Shown: positions 19,816 to 28,984 of the stretch, one piece after another
How positions within the stretch are numbered: position 1 is the stretch's first letter
Layout of the letters: each line of letters opens with the position of its first letter
Origin: Minisyncoccota bacterium
GTDB taxonomy: Bacteria; Patescibacteriota; Minisyncoccia; UBA6257; 2-01-FULL-56-20
DNA length: 64,000 bases
Assembly (NCBI GenBank): GCA_036510525.1
Contig: DATCDU010000034.1
Coordinates: forward strand, 976 to 64,975
Reading direction: 5' to 3'
Notes under the pieces: model-generated
What the model saw: only the letters and a program-made list of their open reading frames with translations
Told to the model about the DNA's origin: nothing
Databases searched by the model: none
Position numbers and translations under genes: made by a program

Positions 19816-20352
19816 ATGGGCATGTACATCGCCGCTTTAGTGATAGAGATCGCGTTCGTCATCCTGGTTGTCGCGATCTTTGCATCCGTCTATCTTTCCC
19901 GTCGGAGCGGCGCGCCGTTCTATCCGACGCGGAAAAGCGTGATCCGCGAAGCGCTCAAGGAAGTTGGGCTCCAGCCCGGCGAGATGTTCTATGATCTCGG
20001 CGCAGGCACCGGCAAAGCGCTCCTCATTGCGGAAAAAGAGTTCGGTGCACACGCCACTGGCTTCGAGATATCGACGATCTTCTACCTCATCGGAAAGCTA
20101 AATCTTTTCATCCATGGTTCGCACGCCGCGCTCATCAAGAAGAATCTCTTCGATGCGGACCTCAATAACACCGACGTTGTTTTTTGCTTCCTCGCCATCC
20201 GCACGATGCAAAAGATGGAAGATAAAATAAAAACCGGCCTCAAGCTCGGCGCGCGTGTCATCGTCTACGCCTTTCCACTCCCAACAATAACACCAGTAAG
20301 AACGATCGTAATGCGCGGCCATTGGAAAATGTTTCTCTACCGAGTCGATTGA
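19816..20352 (+). CDS. Class I SAM-dependent methyltransferase, membrane-anchored
   Basis: N-terminal TM, GAPFYPT, YDLGAGTG. Confidence 0.88.
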   Translation: MGMYIAALVIEIAFVILVVAIFASVYLSRRSGAPFYPTRKSVIREALKEVGLQPGEMFYDLGAGTGKALLIAEKEFGAHATGFEISTIFYLIGKLNLFIHGSHAALIKKNLFDADLNNTDVVFCFLAIRTMQKMEDKIKTGLKLGARVIVYAFPLPTITPVRTIVMRGHWKMFLYRVD

Positions 20353-20399
20353 CCCTCTATCGGAAAAGATGTTATATTTCCCGCGGAGGAATTTGGGAT

Positions 20400-20771
20400 A
20401 TGGTCAAATTTGATATGTCCACTTCCGAAGTTATCGGACGAGGGTATAACGTCGAAACCTTGAGCAACCACATCAGACGGTGCCTGGAAGGGTCTCCGAG
20501 AATGGTACTCACCCACTTCAGACCTGATGTCGGGCAAGATCGGTCGGTCCGGATCTTTGGGCAACGCCCTTTCGAGGACAGCGTTGGGTCGCCGGTGATA
20601 TTGAATCCGAAGGAAGTCGCACGACAGCTGATGCATTTTGCAGACATGGGCGCACGCTACCCCGCAAATCGCGATCTTTACGATGCAAAGGGATGGACCA
20701 TCCACAAAGCGATCGATGAAGACGGCAACGTTTTCATCGGAGCCTACGCGACATGGGTTCCCCAGAGATGA
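20400..20771 (+). CDS. Hypothetical protein
   Basis: GGAGG before the ATG at 20400; GC hairpin plus T-run terminator follows. Confidence 0.6.
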   Translation: MVKFDMSTSEVIGRGYNVETLSNHIRRCLEGSPRMVLTHFRPDVGQDRSVRIFGQRPFEDSVGSPVILNPKEVARQLMHFADMGARYPANRDLYDAKGWTIHKAIDEDGNVFIGAYATWVPQR

Positions 20772-20826
20772 AAATGGCCGGCGCGCTCAATGCGCACCGG
20801 CCACCTTTTTTGTTAACGGCACTTTG

Positions 20827-20942
20827 ATGTCGGCACATCCTACTTTCCCCGCCCGAAGGCAAGTATCATGGGATAGGGACGCTTTCACTTCTCTGTTCGG
20901 AATGGGAAGAGGTGGGACACGCCCGAATGAAGCACCGACATC
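20827..20942 (-). rRNA. rrf: 5S rRNA
   Basis: CCCATTCCGAAC...GAAGTGAAA and AGTAGGAT 5S motifs; complementary ends (GATGTCGG/CCGACATC). Confidence 0.95.
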
Positions 20943-20951
20943 AAAAAGCCG

Positions 20952-21023
20952 TTCGCATGTGGGTGGGTGTTCTAAAAAACTAGCAGATTAATAGTTTTTT
21001 AGAACACCCACCCACATGCTCAC
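20952..21023 (-). repeat. TGAG-tagged long hairpin D in the 23S-5S spacer
   Basis: Perfect 28-bp inverted repeat at 20955-20982 / 20992-21019; flanks GTGAG ... CGAAC on the minus strand. Confidence 0.85.
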
Positions 21024-21061
21024 TGCCTAGTGATTAATGGATTCTTTATTGTAGATAAAGA

Positions 21062-21174
21062 ATGAGATCTGTGTTTGTGCTTTGGAGGGTATCGCGGAGC
21101 CGCGAAGGCGGCGAGCGTAAGTGCGCGTTCAGCAGAACGCGACACGTCCCTACAAAGTACAAACACAGATCGAA
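21062..21174 (+). repeat. TGAG-tagged long hairpin B with structured 58-nt insert
   Basis: 24-bp inverted repeat at 21066-21089 / 21148-21171 with one G.T and one mismatch; flanks ATGAG ... CGAAT. Confidence 0.85.
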
Positions 21175-21304
21175 TGCAAGTCAGCATTGGGATGGTTGGC
21201 GTGGATTATTAGTACGTCTTGGCTAAAAACATTGCTATTCTTACACCGAACGCCTATCAACGTCATAGTCTATGACGAAATCACGCATACCTAATCTTGG
21301 GGTG

Positions 21305-21337
<33 letters not shown>

Positions 21338-21456
21338 CTTCCATACATAGCTACCCGGCAATTCACTTGGTAGCAAAGCCGGTAGACCAGAGGTATGTTC
21401 AGCCCAGTCCTCTCGTACTAAGGCCAACTCCCCTCAAGTATGTAACGCCTGCAGCA

Positions 21457-21488
<32 letters not shown>

Positions 21489-21578
21489 CAATTGTACCTC
21501 TTATTACTAAGAGCATTAGACTATACCTTTTCCAGGATTCCACCCTGGAACTGACGTTTTAATGCAGAGATAAGCGTC

Positions 21579-22247
21579 TCATCCTTGCATTCCGATCGTT
21601 TTACCGATCAAGTCGTTACGGGGACTGTCAATCTTATAGATCATCGAAGGGATGATGTAAGGCTGGATGATCGCTTTGAATTTTTCATAGTCATTTCGAC
21701 CGATATGGATCTTTTGTTTGGAACGATCTTTTATGATCGTTGCCGAAACATCATACCGCTCTTTCAAGAATGTTCGGATCATATACTGCTCCGATTCTCG
21801 AAAACTATGCGTGCTGAGCGTAAAGCTCTGCACAGTATTCGCACCGTCATCCATAAACCAAATTGCCATCATCTTTGGAGTGAACAGATCAAAAACTTCT
21901 TCTGGCAATATCTTCACGCTGTTTTTATAAAAACAAGCATGAATCATGCCGAATTCCTCCAAGCTTTTGGTGTGAAAATACCATGAAACTTCATGAATAT
22001 TCCTTTTGGGATTCGTCCATGAGATTTCCCTTGGCCTTTTTGAAACCAAATTCTGAAGAACTTTGTATTTCCAGAAAACATATTCTTTCTGTTTTTCTCC
22101 GTGATGCACTCTAAAACGAGCGGTAACCGGACTACAAAGTCCGATCGACCGACATTCTAAACGCGCATCTCCTAACAATGACCCAATGATCACATCCAAT
22201 TGATGTGATGGAAAAGAAGATTGGAGTCTTCCCACGATATTGACCAT
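21579..22247 (-). CDS. Intron-encoded LAGLIDADG homing endonuclease (two-motif, I-SceI-like)
   Basis: IIGSLLGDA and MAIWFMDDG motifs. Confidence 0.92.
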   Translation of the reverse strand: MVNIVGRLQSSFPSHQLDVIIGSLLGDARLECRSIGLCSPVTARFRVHHGEKQKEYVFWKYKVLQNLVSKRPREISWTNPKRNIHEVSWYFHTKSLEEFGMIHACFYKNSVKILPEEVFDLFTPKMMAIWFMDDGANTVQSFTLSTHSFRESEQYMIRTFLKERYDVSATIIKDRSKQKIHIGRNDYEKFKAIIQPYIIPSMIYKIDSPRNDLIGKTIGMQG

Positions 22248-22267
22248 CTGAAAATAATAAATGATCT

Positions 22268-22286
22268 ACATTAAATCTTTATTAAA
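22268..22286 (-). promoter_or_regulatory. Shared upstream motif of the intron endonuclease promoter
   Basis: TTTAATAAAGATTTAATGT at -39..-21 from the ATG; TATTAT at -12..-7. Confidence 0.7.
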
Positions 22287-23063
22287 TTTGATTAGGCCTC
22301 TACCGTTATGAGTCAGTTTACTGTTCCATTTATGTTGTTTTCTTGGTTTTTCAACCAAGCCTCGAGTAATGAATTACTGGGCTCATTTGAAGTATTCACT
22401 TACCCAGCTCACGTGCCACTTTAATTGGCGAACAGCCAAACGCTTGGGAGCTTCTACACCCCCGCGCTGTGGCGAGCCGACATCGAGGTGCCGAGCATTG
22501 TCGTCGCTAGGGACGCTCGGACAATACTAGCCTGTTATCCCCGGAGTAGCTTTTATCCGGTGTCTCCGGCCTTTCTATGAAGGGCCGTCGGGTCACTAAC
22601 TTCTGCTTTCGCACCTGCTCGTCTTGTATGACTCGCAGTCAAGCCAGCTTTTGCGTTTGCACGTCCTGCCCGATTTCCATCCGGGCTAAGCTGACCTTAA
22701 TAAACTCCTCCGTTACTCTTTTGGAGGAAAACGCCCCATTTAAACTGCCTACCAAGCACTGTCTTAGTGTAGTTTCCCCGAAGGGTTCTCCACCAGTTAG
22801 ACGTTAAAGTTTTAAAAATGGCTGTTTCATTGTCGGATCCACGTCACCCAAAAGCGACGCTTCAAATCCTCACCACTACGCTACGTAGTAAAACTCTAAA
22901 ATCAATGCCAAGCTGCAGTAAAGCTTCCGGGGTCTTTTCGTCCCGCTGCAGGTATCCCGCGTCTTCACGGGAATCGCATTTTCACCGAGCTCATCGTTGA
23001 GACAGTTCTCCGGTCGTTACACCTTTCGTGCGCTTCGGAACTTACCCGAAAAGGAATTGCGCT

Positions 23064-23315
23064 CAAACATGTTACAACACTTTTTGTTGGCCAAAACATT
23101 TCTGCTTGACTCTCTATGTCGCCATAGAGTTCGGACTATATCTTATTCAACTGATCGTTGAATTTCGGCATATAGTCTCTGAGGATTTTCGCTTGCGCGA
23201 ATCTTTCCTGCTGATTGACCGCACCGAACGCATTGTCACTCTTTCGAGTAGCGTCGGATACTGACGGTTATTCCAGCATTTAGCCGAATTTTACTAAGGC
23301 AATGCATTCCGCTCA
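23064..23315 (-). mobile_element. ORF-less group I intron at L1931
   Basis: Splits CTAAGGT|AGCGCAATT; IGS GCCTTAG; AATCAGCAGG, TCAGAGACTA and AAGATATAGTCC core; terminal G; 252 nt. Confidence 0.92.
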
Positions 23316-23441
23316 ACCTTAGAACGATTTACTCTGTTATTCTGCTCCGTTTCTAGAGCAACTCTGCATGTCGCCATGCAGTTCGGACTATATCATCTCT
23401 AAATCGCTTTAGAGTCTGGCGTATAGTCTCTGAGGATTTTA

Positions 23442-23993
23442 TTAGATCTTGAACTTGTCCCGAGCAGTATCGAGAATATATTCAATCGAATGTATTCTAA
23501 ATCTTCCTTCGGCATTCATTGAATGAGCCAAGCGGACAATCCGCTCAAATCCTTCTCTGTTGCGATGCAATCCTTCATCCATCATATAAACAATAATGGC
23601 GAACTTCCGAAATGCATCTGCTTTTGTTGCCAACGGATACTGTTCGAAAAAAGGAATAATCTTTTGAATCAGATTATCTCTCCCCTCGACAGTAAGTGAT
23701 AAAACATCACTTCCAGATTTCTTATCGATCCTTCCCGCTCCTAATACTTCACGAAAAAGTTCCAGTAGGTCATGATGGTTTTTGTGCTGATAAATTTGAA
23801 ATTTAGCCAACACAATCCAACCTGATCGTAATGTCGGATGTTTTGCAAACGACACATTGAAACTTCCTTCGCCATCCACAAAACCTGCAAGAAAATATTT
23901 CATGGATTCTTCATCCAATTTTTTCAATTCTTGGTAAGAATTTGCAGCTGGCAAATCTAATAATCTTTCCTGCTGATTATCTGCACCGATCAT
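23442..23993 (-). CDS. Intron-encoded LAGLIDADG homing endonuclease (single motif)
   Basis: FLAGFVDGEGSF; the N-terminus ADNQQERL overlaps the ribozyme Q element. Confidence 0.92.
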   Translation of the reverse strand: MIGADNQQERLLDLPAANSYQELKKLDEESMKYFLAGFVDGEGSFNVSFAKHPTLRSGWIVLAKFQIYQHKNHHDLLELFREVLGAGRIDKKSGSDVLSLTVEGRDNLIQKIIPFFEQYPLATKADAFRKFAIIVYMMDEGLHRNREGFERIVRLAHSMNAEGRFRIHSIEYILDTARDKFKI

Positions 23994-24013
23994 ATTTTCA
24001 CGCTAACACATCA

Positions 24014-24032
24014 ACATTAAATCTTTATTAAA
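24014..24032 (-). promoter_or_regulatory. Shared upstream motif of the intron endonuclease promoter
   Basis: Identical 19-mer TTTAATAAAGATTTAATGT at -39..-21 from the ATG; TG-T-TAGCGT at -15..-7. Confidence 0.7.
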
Positions 24033-25536
24033 AGATTTTTGATGAGAAAAGCGTAATGTCGGATACTCAGGGTTTCCAGCATTTGGCCAGATTTTATAAC
24101 TACAATCGTTATGTCTATAGTTATCGCTGACATTGACGAGGGCTTGAATCAGTGAGCAGTGTATTGCTACACCACCCCCAATCTTGACCTTCTCGCATCG
24201 GTCAGGTGTCACCCCCTATACATCCTCTTGCGAGTTAGCAGGGAGCTGTGTTTTTGGTAAACAGTCGCCAGAGATTCTTTAGCTGCGGCCCTCTTGCGAG
24301 GGCAGGCCTTATTGCTAACTTACGGCCGCTATTTTGCCTAGTTCCTTAACGATGAATCACTCGTTCCCCTTGGGCTACTCGCCCTATCCACCAGTGTCGG
24401 TTTACGGTACGGAGACCATACGCTCGATTTGGCCAGATTTTTCTCGAAAGGCACTTCACAGATGTCGGCTAAGTAAATTCTTAACCTTCTCTCGGTACAC
24501 GCTTGCGCTTAATACAAAGAATGCCAAACCAATAAGGCACATCTGCTTATCTCCTTTGTCCTCTGGTTATGATCGTACGGTCGGGCTGGAATATTAACCA
24601 GCTTCCCATCGACTGCCCCTTTCGGGATTGCCTTAGGACCGCCTCACCCGTGGTTGATTGCCAGTGCCACGGAAACCTTGGATTTTCGGGGTTCCAATTT
24701 CTCATTGGGATTGTGGTTACTCATTCCAACATTTTCTCTTCCGGCCGCTCCAGTCACCCTCGCGGGTTGACCTTCACTGCAGGCCGAAATGCTCTCCTAC
24801 CACGTACACCTCCCGAAGGAAGTGTACATCCGTATCTTCGGTACCATGCTTAGCCCCGGTACATTTTCGGCGCCACGACCCGTCGAATAGTGAGTTGTTA
24901 CACACTCTTTAAAGGATGGCTACCTCTAAGCCAACCTCCTATCTGTCTATGGGTTATGACTACCTTTCACACTTAGCATGGATTTAGGGACCTTAGATGA
25001 CGATCTGGGCTCTTCCCCTCGCGACCACGGAGCTTAGCCCCCGCAGTCTAACTAGCAAGATCTTGACTCTCGGTATTCGGAGTTTGATTGATCGTTCGGT
25101 CTTTCGACCTGTAACGATCATCCAGTGCTCTACCCCCAAGAGGAACTCTTGCCGCCAGTCCTAAAACTGTTTCGGAGAGAACCAGCTATTACGTTATTCG
25201 ATTAGCTTTTCACTCCTTACCTCAGCTCATCCGAAGATTTTGAACAATCAACCGGTTCGGGCCTCCCTCCCGATTTCTCGGGAGTTCACCCTGGCCAAGG
25301 CAAGCTCATAACGCTTCGGGTCTATCTTCTGCTGCATATAGTTCGCCCTATTCAGACTCGCTTTCGCTATGCCTTCACGCTATGCGCGCTTAGACTGCAA
25401 CAAAAAATAAGTCGTTGGATCATTCTTCAATAGGCACACTGTTACACTCGTCCGCGGATTGCTCCGCAGCCGTTCGTGCTTCAGTTCCTTGTAGGCAAAC
25501 GGTTTCAGGTTCTATTTCAACGGCCTCACCGGCCTG

Positions 25537-25573
<37 letters not shown>

Positions 25574-26560
25574 ATCTAGAAAAGTATTTAGCCTTACCTG
25601 ATAGTACAGGTGTATTCCTCCGGAACTGTTTTACTCCGAAGTACTCGAGTTAAAAAACTAAGGAGACCAATTGTTTTCGTCTAGGGGGCTATCACCCGCT
25701 CTGGCGCCGCTTTCCAGACGGCTTTGACTAACAAAAGATTTTTTTACTCCTTCACGAATAGCAAATAACGAAACGCACTGTTTGAAGAGCGCGCTACGTT
25801 ATTTACTAAACAGCGTCTTTAGACTATACCCCAAGGTTGCAAAATAAATCACAACCTTAGTTTGGGCTGTTCCCTGTTCTCTCGCCGATACTTGGGGAAT
25901 AACTGATTTGTTCTTTTTTCCTCCGCTTACTGGAATGTTTTACTTCAGCGGGTACGCGAATCGATTGCTCGAAACAATTGAGGATTACTCAATTAGGTTT
26001 CCCCATTCGGACACCCCCGGATCATAGATTGCTACGCATCTCCCCGAGGCATTTCGTTGCTACGCCACGTCCTTCATCGCCTTTTCTAGTCTAGGCATCC
26101 ACCGTTCGCCCTTATTTGCCAACCATCCCAATGCTGACTTGCTCGTGATGTGCACGGCTTTGAAGTCGTTAAATAAGAATTGACGACCTAAAAGTCATGC
26201 AGCCCACTCGCCATCGTTGATAAAAAAAATCAACGACAACGTTTGACCCTGTCCGTCACGAGAAATTGACTACATATGCGTATGCAGCGATCCGGCCCGC
26301 CCGCGATGCGGACGTTAGCGACCAGACCTAATAGTGACACAGGGTCTCCATATTATGTCCTCCGACTCTACAATTCGGAGTTCCGCCAAATCGGCGAATG
26401 ATTTGAAATAGCACTGCACGGTATCGCGAGACGCCGTAGGATATCAAACGCCAAGAAAAAAATCAGCCGCACACAGCGGCCGCTGACTGCTTCAAAGAAG
26501 CGGCTTCAGCCGGAGTGTTTTGAGAGGATTAAAGTCTTTGCCATTCGTATCTTAGGGATA

Positions 26561-26588
26561 AGTATACTCAGCTTGAAAAGGGTGTCAA
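26561..26588 (-). promoter_or_regulatory. sigma70-type promoter of the 23S-5S unit
   Basis: TTGACA-16 nt-TATACT; the 16-nt spacer is typical of rRNA promoters. Confidence 0.8.
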
Positions 26589-26695
26589 GAGGCATACCTG
26601 CGCGCTCGGCACCAACGCTGAATCCCATGAATAATTTCATTTTTTAGACCATTATGGCATCATTAACCTAGGCGAATTACCCAGGGGAGGTCCCT

Positions 26696-26794
26696 GTGCA
26701 TTTTTCCATCATTGAAGATCTTTTAGTAACTGCAACTGCGGCGGTCGTCCTGCTCGTAGTTGCATGTGTCCGCTCAGAATCATCGAAAAAATAA
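26696..26794 (+). CDS. Putative 32-aa single-TM peptide
   Basis: GGGGAGGT SD, GTG start, MHFSIIEDLLVTATAAVVLLVVACVRSESSKK; terminator hairpin at about 26830-26868. Confidence 0.5.
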   Translation: MHFSIIEDLLVTATAAVVLLVVACVRSESSKK

Positions 26795-26951
26795 CGGGCG
26801 AATAGACAGAAGTGTTCTCTAGCCGCCAAGCCGCCGGGCTTCCCAATGGGAAGACCGGCATTTTTTATCGGCTCTCTCGTCCGGAGAAAATAAAACACCC
26901 TCCTCGCCGAACGGTCATCTGCTTGGAGGCGAGGAGAGTGTTTTATTTTTG

Positions 26952-27022
26952 TCGGGCCGCCGGGAATCGAACCCGGTCTTTACGAACCCGAATCGCACGT
27001 ACTACCGGTATACTACGGCCCG
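26952..27022 (-). tRNA. tRNA-Pro(CGG)
   Basis: Cloverleaf CGGGCCG.../TGCGA-TTCGGGT-TCGTA/GGTTCGATTCC; CCA not encoded. Confidence 0.93.
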
Positions 27023-27066
27023 TAGAATACCAAGGTATTTAACCGCGTTTGGGAAAATAATTCAAC

Positions 27067-27498
27067 TTACTTACTGCCCGTTGTTCCGAATCCCCCGCGA
27101 GTTTTGTTGGGCATGTCATCCAGCTCCTCCCATTCCGGATGCGATATTTTCACAAAAGTGCCCTGCGCGATCCGCTCGCCTTTTTCTATTGCCACCGGCG
27201 CGGCGCTGAAATTATAATAGGCCACCCTGATCTCGTCCTCGTCGCCCGAATAGTCCGGATCAATGATGCCCATGCCGTTCGCCATCATGATCCCTTTTTT
27301 ATGGGTACTGCTCCGCGCGGCGATGAGGAGAAAATGATCCGCCGGCGTCTCGACGGCCACATTCAACGGAACATAGCCGACGGTGTCCGGCGCGATCATC
27401 ACCGCCTCGCGCGCGGTCAGGTCGAACGCCGCCGCGCCCTCGGTCTGCCGCTTGGGCAGCGGCAGGTCTTTATCGAATCGTTTTATTTTGATGTTCAT
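27067..27498 (-). CDS. dut: dUTP diphosphatase
   Basis: AAAFDL, ARSS, GIIDPDY, ERIAQ, RGGFGTTG. Confidence 0.96.
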   Translation of the reverse strand: MNIKIKRFDKDLPLPKRQTEGAAAFDLTAREAVMIAPDTVGYVPLNVAVETPADHFLLIAARSSTHKKGIMMANGMGIIDPDYSGDEDEIRVAYYNFSAAPVAIEKGERIAQGTFVKISHPEWEELDDMPNKTRGGFGTTGSK

Positions 27499-28949
27499 TG
27501 TATGTGGTGCTTTTCCTTTATATCGTTATCCATCTCTTCTTCCGCCTCGCGCTTCTTCTTTTGTGCTTGCGCGAATAATTCCTGGAGTTCCCCATCGCTC
27601 TCCTGGTTCAACTCCTTCGCGCGCTTCTCCAGATATTTCTTGTCGTTCTTTTCAGGGTCGTCGATCACCTCTTCCATAAGCGCGTTCAGGATCCATCCCA
27701 CGCGGCGCGATTGCGGGAGGTCGAGGAGTGGCATCAGGTCGTCGCCACGCAGCGCGAGCATCTTCGGCGAAAGCGGATCGCGCTTGACCTTCTCTATCAT
27801 AAAGAGCAAATGGCGCAGGCGATACGGCATCGCCTTCTTAACGCCACTGCCGATGCGATCGGCCTCGCGCACTTTCAAAAGGTCGTCAATATTCTCCGGG
27901 CCCACACGCACCACGAGCCGCCGCACGCCCGCAGGCGAGATCACGCCGGTATCGTAATAGAACATGTGCCTGCGCACGAGATGCGCCACCTGTTCCACAA
28001 AATCTTTCGAGAATCGCAGGCGGTCGAGCATCTTCACCACCATACGCGCGCCAACATATTCGTGTTGATAGAAGGTGGAATTCGCACCGTCACCGCCTTT
28101 CACTTTAGGCTTGCCAACATCGTGGAGCAACGCGGCCATGCGTACGGGCAATGAATAATTTTCTCCTGCGGTGTAATCAAGCGCACGGACGTTGTGCTCA
28201 AAAACGGTATAGATGTGATGCTTGTTCTGCCCAACACCGATCCCGTCGCGCAACTCCGGTAGCACGTAGCGAAGCAGGTCGAGCTCTTCTAATAGGATGA
28301 TCCCCTTCGCGGCATTCGGGGTCATCAAAATCTTCACGAGTTCGTCGCGCACGCGCTCCTTAGCGATCGCCTCCAAGCCACCGGCCAGTTTTACGATCGC
28401 ACGCCGCGTGTTCATCTCGATCTCAAAATCCAGCTCTACGGAAAATCGCACGGCGCGCATCAAGCGCAGGGCATCCTCGGAGAACCGCTCCTCCGGCACG
28501 CCGACCGTGCGGATCACCCGATCCTTAATATCGCGCTCGCCACCGAACGGATCGATCACGTCACCCTTCATGTCCATCGCGAGCGCGTTCACGGTAAAGT
28601 CACGGCGCGAAAGGTCGTCCTCTATATTCTCTGCGAACTTGACCTCATCCGGGTGCCGCTTGTCGGTGTATCGCCCTTCGATGCGGTACGTCGTCACTTC
28701 TATTATTTTCAGGCGCGGGTCTTCGGATTCCGTCTTGATACCGACCGTGCCAAAATCATTCTCGTAGACGCTCTCGGGAAAAAGTTTTTGGACCTGCGCC
28801 GGCTGGGCGTCGGTGGCGACATCCCAATCCTTGGGCTCGCGACCGAGCAGCATATCGCGCACGCAGCCGCCCACGAGATATGCCTCAAACCCCGCCTCGG
28901 CGAGGGCATACGACACCGCAACAACCTCTTTCGGAACGTCGATCTTCAC
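27495..28949 (-). CDS. cca: CCA tRNA nucleotidyltransferase with HD domain
   Basis: VGGCVRD, DWDVAT, RRDFTVNA, EDALRLMRA, LLHDVGKP. Confidence 0.93.
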   Translation of the reverse strand: MKIDVPKEVVAVSYALAEAGFEAYLVGGCVRDMLLGREPKDWDVATDAQPAQVQKLFPESVYENDFGTVGIKTESEDPRLKIIEVTTYRIEGRYTDKRHPDEVKFAENIEDDLSRRDFTVNALAMDMKGDVIDPFGGERDIKDRVIRTVGVPEERFSEDALRLMRAVRFSVELDFEIEMNTRRAIVKLAGGLEAIAKERVRDELVKILMTPNAAKGIILLEELDLLRYVLPELRDGIGVGQNKHHIYTVFEHNVRALDYTAGENYSLPVRMAALLHDVGKPKVKGGDGANSTFYQHEYVGARMVVKMLDRLRFSKDFVEQVAHLVRRHMFYYDTGVISPAGVRRLVVRVGPENIDDLLKVREADRIGSGVKKAMPYRLRHLLFMIEKVKRDPLSPKMLALRGDDLMPLLDLPQSRRVGWILNALMEEVIDDPEKNDKKYLEKRAKELNQESDGELQELFAQAQKKKREAEEEMDNDIKEKHHIQ

Positions 28950-28984
28950 TTATATATATTGTATACGTAATCTCCCCCGGCTGC

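Larger units (their letters stand above)
21489..22401 (-). mobile_element. Group I intron at approx. L2584 (E. coli numbering)
   Basis: Splits GAGCTGGGT|TCAGACCG; IGS GCCCAG pairs with the exon; R (CCCGTAACGACT) and S (AAGGTATAGTCT) elements; terminal G. Confidence 0.9.
23330..24116 (-). mobile_element. Group I intron at L1917 ending in A
   Basis: Splits ATAACTAT|AATCGTTCTAAGGT in helix 69; IGS GTAGTTAT; conserved Q/R/S core; last bases GAGTA. Confidence 0.88.

Noticed and set aside
22268-24032. Reading the shared intron motif as an archaeal BRE/TATA promoter
   Set aside because: The spacing would fit, but the sites also have a bacterial -10 or extended -10 at fixed distance, and the motif recurs at the host ssb gene.
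26245-26346. SRP RNA, RNase P RNA or 6S RNA in the rRNA leader
   Set aside because: No SRP domain IV (CAGG..GGAA..AGCAG) or RNase P GAGGAAAGTCC signature on either strand; the hairpin is too short and branched for 6S.
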